This document shows, one piece after another, positions 13,907 through 27,652 of a DNA stretch of 64,000 nt (position 1 is its first letter; every line of letters starts with the position of its first letter). The DNA lies in assembly GCA_951406725.2 (NCBI GenBank), contig OX597828.1, positions 61,504,001 to 61,568,000 on the forward strand, given 5' to 3'. The stretch is from Octopus vulgaris. Taxonomy: Eukaryota. Both the position numbers and the translations under genes were made by a program. The notes under the pieces were generated by a model. The model was not told the DNA's origin, made no database searches, and saw only the letters and a list, made by a program, of their open reading frames with translations.

Positions 13907-15305
13907 AGGGGGAGGAGGAGGAGGAGAGGAGGTTATAACTCTACGTAATATGTAAAAACAAGTTTACAAATTATAGTTTTTAGTTTTATGACGATGCCGA
14001 GATCAGTCTTTGTTCTATATCTTGGTCTAGCCTTCATCACTCTGTCTTCTTTTACAACTATGGCATAAAATTTCTTTTCAAAGATGATGATATTGCGAGA
14101 TTTGCGAAAAACTAGGTTACCGTTTCCAGCCGTTCGAACATCCACGCAGAGATTTTTTGTTGTTGTTGTTCTACATTGCCTTTCAGTGAAGAATGTCAAC
14201 TTTTAATTGTCACTTGATAAAATATTTATATTTCATATCTTATCAAGTGCCCACTTTTGGCATCGAAAAGTGTAAGATAGGAATGTAATGAAGAGTATAG
14301 TATGGAAAATGAAGAGTTTAAAGAGAGAAGATAGAGTAAGGCTATGATGAAACTATAAATAAATAAGCGCAATTTGTGAGTAAATGACGTTGAATAAAAT
14401 CAGCTGATCAATGTTCAATGTCCTCATTTCTATCCAAATTTCTATTTCGTTTAAATATTCTTTGCAATGTGTATTTCAGTTTGTGTGGTTATATGTCATT
14501 TTCCCGTTTTATTCATGTTTATTCATACATTCACTCGTTTCGTTAATTTTTTTTTGTGTTTAATGTCTCGTTTTATGCCACCTTGAGCTTTGGTGGAGTT
14601 AAGTGTCGTCTTCTGGTGGTGGTGGTGGTGGTGGAGATAGACTTTGCGTGTTCATGTGCATGTGCGTGCGTATATGAGTATACATGGATGTGTATGTTTT
14701 TGAATGTAGGTGTCTTTTGAGTAATATGCAGTTGCTACTCCTTAACTAGCATGTAGTCAAAGTTACATACTTTCTTTGTCCAAGTTATATATCGTATAAT
14801 GTGTTATAATTACTCGCAGTACTCGTGGAAATTCCACGGTCCATGGTGTGGTACAGCATCAATCATAAACATCTCCCCACTTAGTAATAATATCCTGTCA
14901 TTTCTTTCATAATCTTTTGATTAATTTCTACAAAATATTGTCTCTTCTCTTTGGTCATGGTTTCTCTTTTCGCTTGTTTTCTCATTCTGACTTGCACAAA
15001 ATATTCTTGATTATCATTTTCTAGTAATTCTCATTCTTTCCCTACTGGCTTCGACTTCGTCGTTCGTCAGACATCTTCGTGACTCATTTTCTTGTATTCG
15101 TTTCATTCCTTTTCGCGTGTCTAAGTTTCATGGATACAGATCATACGGTAAGATAATTTTGTACTGATGACGCTTGTTGGGGCAGAAACAAGTGTGCATT
15201 GCCGTTTTCGAATGTACTAGTCTCAATTGCCATCTGATAATTATCACACATCCTCTACAGGCGGACGATAGTTTTAATAAATGAAGCATTTATTGCTTCT
15301 AATTC

Positions 15306-15356
<51 letters not shown>

Positions 15357-15399
15357 CACATATTAATTTGAAGCAGCTCGAGGAATATAAACGATATGG

Positions 15400-15875
15400 A
15401 ACACACATATACAAGGTATGTGTATTGCTAGTTCCTGAGTAGGCTGCGCTCATAGGTGCAAGAGAATATATTCTCGTCAATTCACCTGGAGCTATCTCGC
15501 TTATATATGGCTTCCAAGTGTTTTAACACCAGGTAAATTGATGAAAGTAAATTTTTTTACGCCTACCCACGAACTAGCATAACACATGCTTTGTGTATGT
15601 GTGTTAAATCTTAATTTCATATTTGAATTTTTTCCGAAGTGTGAAACACTGGAACATGCCAGCAGATGGTCCTTAGCTTACATCGGGCCTCATTTTGGAT
15701 ACGCGGTATTGACAAGTCACAAAAATGACGAAACATCGATGTCTACCGTTCCTGAATGGGAGCTTGTCTATGATTTCCAGGTGTTTTAACGCCAGTCGGG
15801 TGGATGAGAATATATTCTCCTACGCTTTAAGCGCAGGTTACCCACGAACTAACAAAACACATACCTTGTGTATGT
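15400..15875 (+). mobile_element. Degenerate non-coding hammerhead-bearing element with one inverted and two direct terminal blocks
   Basis: Block ...acccacgaactag/a...acacat...tgtgtatgtgt at about 15527-15603 and 15790-15875, inverted at about 15402-15489; hammerhead motif at 15704-15748. Confidence 0.6.
15704..15748 (+). ncRNA. Type-I hammerhead ribozyme motif with a mutated core
   Basis: cggta-TTGACAA-gtca(caaaaa)tgac-GAAA-catcgatg-TC-taccg; all three stems perfect, core has 2 substitutions versus CTGANGA. Confidence 0.7.
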
Positions 15876-17162
15876 GTATGTGTGTGTATATATGTATGTA
15901 TGTGTGTGTATGTATGTGTGCGTGTGCGTGTATGTGTGTATGCTTTAGAAACGTAGAAAAGAAAACAAAAACAATGAAATGAAATATTCTCACACCCCGT
16001 GTAAATATTTAAAAAATGTATATTTGCCGGTGAAATGACTGAGACTACACGGAAGTTGGACACAGATTGGTTATGTGCTGATGAAAATCTGTGAAGTAGA
16101 TCCTCCCAACGGAAGGCATCAACCGACCTACGTGTGTACTGCAGTTATTTTTGAGGGAGAAATGGGATGCGTCAACAAAATTTATAAAGAATAAAATCGT
16201 TTGATGGCCCTGACGCTTTACTGTGGGGCCTATAATTTATACATCTGGCCATCAACTACAACAAATAAATTAGTAAGTAAAATTCAATATTTGATATTCT
16301 TCAAATCACTCTTTTTTCCAGGTAATTTGGAACATTTACCAGCAAATCACAATGCAGTCCCTTAGCAGTAAATACGACTGTTACGAATTTCCCCAGCAAA
16401 GGTCTTGTACCGGTTTCATTAACATAAGGCGTCACCATAGTATGGATTTCACCAACTGAAGGCGGGCCCATGCTTTCTCCAGGCACATACAAGAGCAGCT
16501 GTGTCTCCCACGAGTTCTCACGCACAAGCAGATACACAAACTACATACATAGAATAGCACATTTTATATAAAACATACGTGTGTTTATGTTCACCGTGAA
16601 GAGAGAAAACTAGTCGTCATTACAGCGTTGGGAACAGTAAATGTTTATCTCTACATTTATGACTGCTTGTAGTTAAAGTGACTTTCCATGTTGGAGTGTT
16701 AATGTGGGACCCCCCGTTTAGAAACACATGTTGTAAACGCATCTGTTGTACGTGTTGAACTTTGCGTACAACTCGCTTCTTGCTTTCTGTTCCTATATGA
16801 ATTGCTCACTCCCTCTCATTCCTCACTCACTTTCTCTCTATCTTCCCTTTTTCTCTCTTCTCTACCTCTCTCACTCTTTCTCAACTGTCATTACATTTTT
16901 TTACAGAATCAAGAATGTAGTTTTATATATATTTGCCACCTTATACGGACACGTAGAATGATTGAGAACAACATCCATAAGCATACACACATAGACACAC
17001 ACACACAAATGCCCCTGCACGATGAGTGAGGTACGGACTGGCAAAGATGCAGGGAAAGCGAGCAAACATGCACAGGAAAACGCATATGAGACATTAAAAA
17101 GAATATACACAAACATGTAAATTCAGCTATATTACATTCAGATAAACACATACACACACATA

Positions 17163-17230
<68 letters not shown>

Positions 17231-17234
<4 letters not shown>

Positions 17235-17460
17235 GGAGTAAACACATAAATGTGAAACAAGGTGGAAAAAAGAGTACTCAAATACCAGTGGTAGAGTAAT
17301 ATGCTTTATTTTAAGCAGCAGAAAATTCAACAAAATCTGTTACTCTGAGTTTCTCGTTGCCGTTCATCAGACAGTTTTTGCTAGCAAAAACTGTCTGATG
17401 AACGGCAACGAGAAACTCAGAGTAACAGATTGTGTTGAATTTTCTGCTGCTTAAAATAAA

Positions 17461-17461
<1 letters not shown>
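17231..17461 (-). mobile_element. Non-autonomous PLE-type fold-back element: 79-bp-arm palindrome plus about 70-bp 3' extension, in (TA)n
   Basis: Arms 17304-17382 and 17383-17461, one mismatch, no loop; same family as 45157-45302. Confidence 0.85.
17391..17428 (+). ncRNA. Minimal hammerhead motif (mirror copy on the minus strand at 17337-17374)
   Basis: ctgt-CTGATGA-acggcaacga-GAAA-ctcagag-TA-acag. Confidence 0.7.
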
Positions 17462-17513
<52 letters not shown>

Positions 17514-17519
17514 ACGCGC

Positions 17520-17637
17520 TTTCTTAAATTTCCGTCTACCAAATCTACTCACAAGGTTTTGATCGGCCCGAGGCTATGGACCTGGAAGCATATCGTTGGG
17601 AAGCAAGCTTCATACTACATAGCCACGCCTGCGCCTA
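17520..17637 (-). mobile_element. SINE family A, degraded 5' part
   Basis: tttccgtctaccaaatctactcacaagg ... agccacgcctgcgcct. Confidence 0.75.
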
Positions 17638-17799
17638 TATATATATAATATATACATAAGCACATAGGCATGTACATGTATACGCATACATTATCTGAAT
17701 ATATATAGATATACTGCGTGAAGGTACGCATGTGTGTATATGTATGTATGTATACATATATATATATATATGTATACATATGTGTATATGTATGTATGT

Positions 17800-17858
<59 letters not shown>

Positions 17859-17899
17859 GTATGTATGTAAGTATGTATGCATATGAGAATATATGTATA

Positions 17900-17956
<57 letters not shown>

Positions 17957-17959
17957 ACA

Positions 17960-17995
<36 letters not shown>

Positions 17996-18414
17996 TGTAT
18001 GTATGTATGTATGTATGTATGTATGTATATGAAAATAATGCTTTTTCTAAAAATATTATCGTTAATTTCCGCCTGCTTCGCTAAAAATAGAAGTCAAAAT
18101 ACTTCTAAGCTACAGAAGAATCACAAAATTGAATACAGGCATGATAGGAAAAAAATTTTAGTAAAGAAGAATGTCTGTTTATTGTCTATCAACACCGTTT
18201 GTCACTTCTCCCCATATCATTTTATCAATACACCAACACATACACGCGCAGACTGTTCTCCCGTCCCCCTGTTGATTATTCTGACCAAATTTTCTAATCT
18301 TGAAATGCCTTAATGAACATTATAAACGCTCTTAATTTATACTTTTCAATGCATTCCTTATTTTCTCTTGTGTTTTCTCTCTTTATCTATATGCGTGTGT
18401 GTATGTATGTGTGC

Positions 18415-18489
<75 letters not shown>

Positions 18490-18682
18490 CGCGTGTGAGT
18501 GTGTGTGTGTGCGTGCGAGCGTGTCGTGCATGCGTGTGTATGTTTGTGTGTTTGTGTGTATTTATGTATGGATATGCGTGCTATGTATGGACACGTATAT
18601 ACATGTGTGTTTTTACGTGTGTGTCTGTTTTTGTCTATATGTACAAGTGTGTTTTCCTCTCTTTCCTTATATGTATATATGT

Positions 18683-18843
18683 AGGCGTGGCTGCGTTGTA
18701 AGAAGCTTGCTTACCTATCACAGGGTTCCGGCTGATTCCTACTTTCTGCATGGTACCTTGGGCAACTATCTTCCACTATAGCTGTGGGGCTACCAAACCC
18801 TTGTGAGTGGGTTTGGTAGACGGAAACTGAAAGAAGCCCGTCG
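18683..18843 (+). mobile_element. SINE family A, 5' half
   Basis: Matches 3431-3594. Confidence 0.8.
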
Positions 18844-19130
18844 AATATATATATATATCTCTATATATATATATGTGTGTGTGTGTGTATCTATCTATCT
18901 ATACCATCTACTACCAGTCATCTGACCTCGCCCAGTTTCTTCTTCCTCTCCTTCCCTTATACTTTTTCTTCTTTCTTCCCCTCTTCTAATACTTATTTCT
19001 CCTTACATTTATATACACACTATCATACTGTGCCCTCCACACATTCTGATTGAATCTTCTTTGCGTCAACATATACCTCCTTGCGACAATGTAACCTTTA
19101 AAATCTAATCAAGCCTTTAAAATCTAAAAT

Positions 19131-19212
19131 AGCCTGAAGAGTAGCCGACAGTAAGCACCTCACTTGGATTTTACCGCTTCTGAGGTTCCAATCGCTGTGA
19201 AATATATATAGC
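19131..19212 (+). ncRNA. Hammerhead-like motif with a long stem II
   Basis: gc-CTGAAGA-gtagc...gctgt-GAAA-tatata-TA-gc; stem I is weak. Confidence 0.45.
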
Positions 19213-19586
19213 CTGGATTTTGTCTACTCCATTCCATAACTCTTGTACACACACACACATATACAAAGGATAAAATTATTATTATAAAATAATAATAATA
19301 TCAGGGGCTAGCATTCTTTAAAACCGTACAGATAATATGTCTATAATCATATATACAACTATAATGCAGGGAAATGGGAAAAGTACGAACATGCTATAAA
19401 TAGAAGTCAAAACGACTGTAAACCACTTTAATTACTCATATGCATAGGTGAAAGCGAGGAAATGAGCGAAAACTAGAAGAATAGCGTACCTTTTGTGAAT
19501 AAAATTCACAAGTAATAAAAAGATGATTCCATATCGATCGCTTTCAGGCTCTGCATTTAATGCTCAGCCATCGTCAATGAAATATA

Positions 19587-19655
<69 letters not shown>

Positions 19656-19899
19656 AGATAAGAAAATGGAGAAATACATCTAAATCAAATATCAATTACC
19701 AGATAATACTCAATCACATACTTTATTAAACCACCACATAAGAGACTGTAGGGTTAAATATAAAAAGCAGAACAAATCAGTGTACATAAAGGAATATACA
19801 TAAAAAAAGTGTACATAAAAGAGTAATGTTGTATAATAAGTAGAATATATATAAAAGAGAATATAAATATAAGTAAATATAAATATAAGTATAAATTAC

Positions 19900-20026
19900 A
19901 TCTTACAGCTGTTTCGGCCATGTCGATAAGTATGTCTCATTTTACCAATATTAGCCCTTTATGGTTGGTCAATATATAGATATAAATGAGACATTTACAA
20001 AAATATCACAAGGCCATTTCGGAGAT
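19900..20026 (-). ncRNA. Degenerate hammerhead motif with a long stem II
   Basis: Reverse complement atct-CCGAA(-)A-tggcc...aaatgtctcattt/aaatgagacat...ggcc-GAAA-cagctg-TA-agat. Confidence 0.5.
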
Positions 20027-20160
20027 TATGTAATATAACTCATTCTACATATATACCCACATGGGTGTGGGTGCGTACCCACAATACAACATATACATAT
20101 ACATATGAGTGCATATACTCACACTCTTGCACTCATATGTATATACTTGTGTGTGTGTGC

Positions 20161-20204
<44 letters not shown>

Positions 20205-20212
<8 letters not shown>

Positions 20213-20513
20213 ATCACGTGACCGACCAGGCTATCAGATGTTGCTACACATCGCTGGTCACAATGCGCTTCGCATTGCTTTAGCCTTCAAATGACGCCAC
20301 CCCGCTGGTTAAGCGAGCAGGCCAACAGAAGAAAGAGTGAGAGAAAATTGCGGCGAAAGAGTACAGCAGGCATCTCCACCATTCCCTGCCAGAGACTCGT
20401 GGAGTTATAGGCGTTTTCGCTCAATAAACACTCACAAGGCCCGGTCTGGGAATCGAAACCGCGATCCTACGACCGTGAGTCCGCTGCCCTAACCACTGGG
20501 CCATTGCGCCTCC
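20205..20513 (-). mobile_element. tRNA-derived SINE (family C)
   Basis: Minus-strand head ggaggcgcaatggcccagtggttaggg ... gtttcgattccc. Confidence 0.8.
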
Positions 20514-20564
20514 ACACACACACACACGCACACACATACACACACACCTATATATATATATATA

Positions 20565-21662
20565 CAGGGTTTGGACAAAAGAATGGAAGCACCTAGTATC
20601 ATAGCATCATAATTTTGAAATATCTATAAAACCGTCAAAAGCTTGTTTATTTTTATGTTTTTGATTTATTATTAGTGTCCCTAATGTTTTGCTAAAATTA
20701 CTGTTTCTTTTCAGATATCATCAGAAAAAGGTAAAATGTCATTAAAATGTCAGATCTCGTATAGCAGTCGCTAGTATAACGAAAACAGCCGAAATATTTG
20801 GTGAAGTAGTGTCTCGACAGCCTTTGAGAAAGCGGGAAAAACTTCCTCCCAAAATTACTGCAGAGCTTAACGATCACCTCGAGAATCCAGTTTCCACAAA
20901 AACTGTTCGCCTGGAGCTGCACAAAGCCTGGAGTGTTGCAATCAGAAAACCACTACTTTCAAAAAACAAACGCTGCAAAGCGTTTAGAGTAAGTAATATC
21001 CTGCAGAATTGGTCCCTAGACCAGTGGAAGAATGTTATTTTCTCCGACAAGTCATCCTTTACCTTATTCTGACCACCGGCCGAGTATACGTGTGGAGATA
21101 GCCAAAAGAGGTATTTAACCCAGACTGCCAACTGTTAAACATGGAGGAGGATCTGTGATGATCAGGGGTGGGGGTTATATCTTGGAAATCCGCTGGCCCA
21201 GTGGTTTCCCTTTATGGCAGAATTAAGACTGTTTAAGCATTTTATCTGGTGAAATTCATCCTATGGTTGCAGAACTGTTCCGTAAGGAAACGCAATCTTT
21301 CAGGATGATAATGCACCAATTCACACAGCTAAAGTTGTTACTGAATGGCACGAGGAACACTCTAGTGAAGTTGAACATCTTATATGGCCACCACAGTCCC
21401 TTAATCTCAATATTATTGAACAGTTCTGGTGCATTTTAGAAAAAGAAGTAAGGAGTCGATATCCTCCACCATCATCACTACAAGAACTGGAGACTGTTTT
21501 AGCTGAAGAATGGACAAAAATTCCTTTGGAGACATTCAAACTTTGTACGAGTCCATACCTCGTAGAATTTAAGCTGTAATTACTGAGAAAGGCGATCCTA
21601 CTCCATATTAAAATTAATTTATTTGAAATTTTATGTTATTTCCATTATTTTTTCAACCCCTG
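20565..21662 (+). mobile_element. Decayed Tc1 (DD34E) transposon
   Basis: TA-flanked TIRs cagggtttggacaaaagaatggaa / ttccattattttttcaacccctg; fragments WKNVIFSDKS, FQDDNAPIHTAK and WPPQSLNLNIIEQFW. Confidence 0.92.
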
Positions 21663-21669
21663 TATACAT

Positions 21670-21789
<120 letters not shown>

Positions 21790-22237
21790 GAAACATTCCT
21801 GTCACAACCTGGGACCTTGAAAACTGCTAAAATACAAGAAATTATACTAGTCCCTTAATATTTGATATTCAATTTTTCATCTATTCAATAAGACAATCAA
21901 TAATTCATTTCATTTTACTATATAAATACTTCATTTTATTTCATTTTACTATGTATATACTATCTATACTATATACTCTATATTCTACAATAACTTGTTA
22001 GAATGACCGCTAAGTGAGGGGTGGGAGTAAAGGTAAGGGAGTAAAAAAGTTCATAGTATTCTCGTAAGCGTGCATGTCCATACCTACACATGCACGCTCG
22101 CTGCGGGTATGCATATATTTTTTGGCGAATGTGTGGGTGAGCATGTGTGTGTTTCAAGTGAGGGTGGATGAGTATATAACAACAACAGCATCGAAAAATA
22201 CCTTAAGAATGAGAACCCAGGTTCGAAATTTCCTCAA

Positions 22238-22283
22238 GACACCTGATGAAGGCTGGTGGGTATATCAGCCGAAACGTTGTGTT
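22238..22283 (+). ncRNA. Minimal type-I hammerhead ribozyme motif
   Basis: acac-CTGATGA-a-ggctg...cagcc-GAAA-cg-TT-gtgt; stem III is the ACGT palindrome. Confidence 0.8.
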
Positions 22284-23309
22284 AACAACAAACAACATGA
22301 AGACAAATATCCGTCAAATGTAAATAATGTAAATAATTTTTGATGTTAATTTAAGTGGTGCTGTTGGAACTTACACTTTTTTTTTCAAGTATCAGCCCCT
22401 TGTTAGACACATTTTCTAGGGACACTGGCTACTCAGTCACGCCACCCCTTATAACTTTTTCCTCTGCAAGTGTCACAATATATTTCCGAATTTGATGTAG
22501 ACTTTCTGCTTGAGGAAATCTTGTAGGATTACGCACGAATACAACCTGGCCATATACTTTTCCAAATACTATTCAAAAGTTGAAGGTTTCATTTTATCCC
22601 ATCACTCAGCTATGTTAGCCATTGCATTCATTATGTTGAATTTCTTCCAGAAAACTCTAACTGTATGTTTAGCCTCCCTGACAATTGCTTTCATAACTTA
22701 TTTGAAAGTTCTTATAATATTTCGTTGCGGAGCAAAGAAGTTGTATTGGGGGGGGGGAGTATATTTTACTTTCACATTATCAGAAAAGTTTTCTAAGTTA
22801 GCTGAGTGATTCGGTGCATTGTCTAAAAGGAGGTTCACCAGATCTTATAGACAATTCGCTCCCTTCACTTCTGATTAAAGGCATAAATACACCCCCACAC
22901 ATAAACACATACGCAGACACCAATAAAAACACACAATCACGCACTCATACAAACGCAGACGCACTCATGCATACAAATGTTGGTGTACATGTTGATATCT
23001 GTTGTAGCCAGTTGGGTTCAAAAGTTGGTGGGTCAAGAGAGGGGATGGTGTGGGTTACACTGGTTTAGGTGTTAGTAATGGTGGGTATTGTTGGTGTTGA
23101 GGTGGTCATGTTGTTCTTGGTAATTGTATTGTTCTGGCTGTTTAGTCAATCCTCATAGACCTAAGATCAAAGACATTTCATTCAACTTTTTAAATAAACT
23201 GGGACACCACATTACATACTTTTATCTAAATGGAGTTGCTTGTCTACTTCATACACTCTATTACCGTTGCTGTTGGTGGTTGCGCTGGTGTTGATAGAAC
23301 TACACGCAC

Positions 23310-23903
23310 ACATACACACACACATACATACATACATACATACATACATACATACATACATACATACATACATACATACATACATACGCACTTGCGTACG
23401 TACGTGCATACATACATACACACACATACATACATATATACATACACACACATACATACATACACACATACATACCTACTTGCATACATACATACATACA
23501 TACATACAAACATACATGCATACATACATGCATACATACATACATACATACGTACATACATACATACATATATACATGCATACATACATACATACATACA
23601 TACATACATACATGCATACATACATACATACATACATACGTACATACATACATACATACATGCATGGGTACATACATACATACATACATACATGCATACA
23701 TACATACATACATACATGCATACATGCATGCATACATACGTACATACGTACATACATATATACATACTTACATACATACATACATACATAGATACATACA
23801 TACATGCATACATTCATACATGCATACATACATGTATACATACGTACATACGTACATACATACATACATACATATATACATACATACATACATACATATA
23901 TAC

Positions 23904-23934
<31 letters not shown>

Positions 23935-24012
23935 CGTACGTACGTACATACATACATACATACATACATACATACATACATACATACATACATACATACA
24001 TACATACATGCA
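23310..24012. repeat. About 700-bp degenerate (TACA)n array
   Basis: Direct inspection; it is the source of the HTYI/MYVC ORFs. Confidence 0.95.
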
Positions 24013-25462
24013 TATATTTTTGTGTGCGTGTGTTTGTCTAATCGCGCGCGCGTTTTTGTTAGTTCATTATTGCTGATCTTCATAATGCTACGGTGTTAGT
24101 AGCAATAATTTACACGGTTTTTATTTTTTGACAAATTCCACGCAAACTCTGAATATTGTTTGTTAAAAAGTATGGATCCACAGAGAGAAACTCTATGTGG
24201 CCGCTTGTATATGTAGAAATAGCAATCAAACCTCATTCAAATTATATTATAATGTATCTTTTGTGCAAGGTTGCTCTACATATTGAAAAGCAGATTTAAC
24301 AGAACGTCAAACAAACCGAGATTAACTTAGTCTTTCATCTTTTCAGGATTCATAAAGTAGCAAGCCATTGCAGCTGAGAAAATCGCCATTTCCCCTCTAT
24401 AGAAATGTCTGGCCTTGAGCCTGATTTAGATATTGCAATATCATTCTGCTTGCCATAGCGTTTTTAAGTGCTACATTGTTATCAGGCGAAAGATATAATC
24501 GAAATGTTTAACATAATGAAGCAATATAATGGTGATTTATGCATCAAAAGAGAAATCAGTACATTGGTAAGGTGAGATATTTCTATGGGCTTAAATCAGA
24601 CACAAATGGTAGAACGTAGGAATAAATGGTAAAATATTTCATTTCTTCCATCTTCAGTCTGAAATCTAAGTTCACCAGGTTTAACATATTCCTTCATTCT
24701 CCCTGTTCAGTAAAACATACACCTATACAATAGAAGTTCTGCCATGTTGACTTCATTCACTGCCCTACAAGTTTGTAGTCTTGTGGCAAAGTTAGAAACT
24801 ATTGATTTCTTTCATTTATTTATTTGCATGTAACTTAACCAACGAGTTAAAATTGAACACTGAAAGCTAACGAACACTCTTCCATCTTATCTGGCCGCTA
24901 TATCTGAGGTGTTTCTTTTCGAGCCAACGTGCGACGCTCTGCACAATCAATCCTAAAAAACGGACTGATACCGTAGATATCCTCCTGGATAACTCGTATA
25001 TATAAAAAAAAAGCCTTATATTAGATTTAAAAAAAACCCTCTTGAATCTCTTTGATCGACAATATCCATTTAATGTCACAATATGTAATGATACTGCCTC
25101 CTATTGTCAACGGGACAGAAATAATTTTAGATTTTAAAGTAGTGTATGAATAGAGTAGTACTAAACTAAATGCGTAAAAATATCGAGTTTCGTTTATTCG
25201 GATTCAAATATTATTCAGGCCAACATTGCCTCTTATCTGTCCAAGAATAATGTAGTGAAATGTTATTCTACGTAGTCATCCGATCTACTACAATTGGCAG
25301 TTAAGATTCTCTCGACATGGTATACTGAAGGTTGAAACATTTTTGACCGGATGGTTCTCTCAGCTCAACAAGGAGTAAACAGAGACGAAACAGCAATAAC
25401 GGTAAATTATTATAGACTAATAGCCAATCATGAAAAACCATTATCTTCTACATTTTAGTAGC

Positions 25463-25580
<118 letters not shown>

Positions 25581-26183
25581 ATAGTAGTTGTTGTTGTTGT
25601 TGTTGCTGTCGTCGTTATTGCTGTTGCTGTGTTAGTCGTTGCTGTGTTAGTCTTGAAAGTTCGCAAGTTTACGTAGATCTCGAGTTTGAGCTGAAAGTGA
25701 AGTCTCCGTCTAAGAAGATAATTCCTTATGGATTTAAACGAACTCTGGGTTGTACAATATAACATACTCACATACATATGTGCACACATACATTCGTGCA
25801 CATAAAGCAAAATACGCATATGCGCGCACTTACACACAAACAACACACACATATACGCACATATACATACATACATACATATATATATATATATATGTAC
25901 GCATATACATACGCTATACATACACGTCTACGTATGAGTGCTCATGCATAGTGGTGTCATTGTGTGTATGAATGCATGAGAGAGGGAGAGAAAGAAAGAA
26001 AGGAAAGGGAAATAGCGGGGGTGAGCGAGAGTGAGAGAGAGAGATTAAGGTATCAGTTTCTTACAAACTTGCAGCACAAAGCATCAAAAAGTCAGAAAAC
26101 CCGAGTTTGAAAAATCCCATTTGTTTTTAGTTTTTCCGTCTTAATTCCTCACTCTCCCCCCCCCCCTCCTTCGCCCCTCCCCT

Positions 26184-26215
<32 letters not shown>

Positions 26216-26613
26216 TTGCTCCCTGCTCTCCGCATTTTGTTGTTATTCCTGCTTTTTTGTTTTTACTTCTTTTACTCCCACGAGCCACGTCATGTATCAC
26301 ATAGGACATAAAGAGAAAGAAAACTGCGATTCATCACGTGGCTGTCAAATAACGTAGGGGCAAAGGTTGATATCAAGCAAGACAGTAAAAGTGTTCAATT
26401 AAGCGCCACCTTCAGCTGGCTTCTATCACACATCAGTTAGCCATAACCAGCCAACGTCACAGAAGTGAGGTTAGATATTTAAAGCTCGAAGGTTTTAGTT
26501 TGTGGCAATGTGTGCATCTGAGTGTGTGTATCTGTGTGTGTGCGTGTGCGTGTGCGTGTGTGTATCTGTGTGTGTGCGTGTGCGTGTGTGTATCTGTGTG
26601 TGTGTGTGCGTGC

Positions 26614-26654
<41 letters not shown>

Positions 26655-27652
26655 AGTGTGCGTGTGAGTGTGCGTGCTTGCATACGTTTGTCCATGTGTA
26701 TCTGCGAATGTAACATACTTTAAAGTTTTCTTGTCTGTAAAGTATGTGTTATTAAACTTACAATGGAAGAGAGTATGATTTTGAGAAGATCGATACTGCG
26801 AGCAAGTTTTACACATAATAAACTGTAGAAGTTGAAGACCCATGCCCTGAGCAATCGAAGGTTTTCAAAATATCTACATACATCGAATTAAGGCAGATCT
26901 ACATGCATCCTAAATTACTTGTGCGTTCACACATTTCATTTTATTATTATGATGTACTAAAAAAGTTCATCAAAACAACCAATGTGTTCTATAGTACTTT
27001 ATTGCTATATGCACATTGTTTCCCCGTTAGGACTATAACAGTTATTTGGCAATAACCAAAATTATTGGGATAGTCATTCTTATATATTAAAAAAAGTTTC
27101 TACTGTTTTACGTTCTCGTCGTATCAGTATGCAATCTACTGATGCCCAATATTTGCACACATGCACACACATACAAGCATGTACACATACAAGCGCACAC
27201 ATATTTACATACATACATGTGTACTTTGGTGTGTGCGTGTGTGTGCGTGTGTGTGTGCGTTATAAGAGTGTCCCTTACCTGTTATTAAACTCACTGAAGG
27301 AGAGAAACAAGTCACCCCACTAAATCTGTGGCTTCTACCATTTCCACCACATCTACGGCGTCGACACGTGGGAGTAACACAACTTCTACCACTATAACTA
27401 TCGTTGCTGCTAGTACAACTGCCACCGCAAAATACGAAGGAACAAAAGAGAACCACTATTGCCGAAACTGATGCTATTTCTATTGCCAGCACTACCACCT
27501 TGTACATATTGTAAAAAAAAAAAGTACGAGCTTTCAAAACTGCTAACATGAAACATTAATTTAAAGTATTGCAATTTATTTTCCCTTCTTTTATAACACA
27601 ACTAAATCGGCTTAAGCATTTGAAACTGGTGGCACATTTTCATAGAAATATA

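Noticed and set aside
13988-14068. 26-codon ORF resembling a signal peptide (MTMPRSVFVLYLGLAFITLSSFTTMA)
   Set aside because: It stops immediately, has no evident splice donor, and hydrophobic short ORFs are expected in T-rich DNA
15162-15202. CTGATGA...GAAAC hammerhead-like string
   Set aside because: The cleavage triplet would be GUG, and stems I and II are poor
23212-24099. Long ORFs (up to 289 aa) rich in HTYI or MYVC
   Set aside because: They are translations of the (TACA)n array; the same applies to the YI, CV and HT repeat ORFs throughout the window
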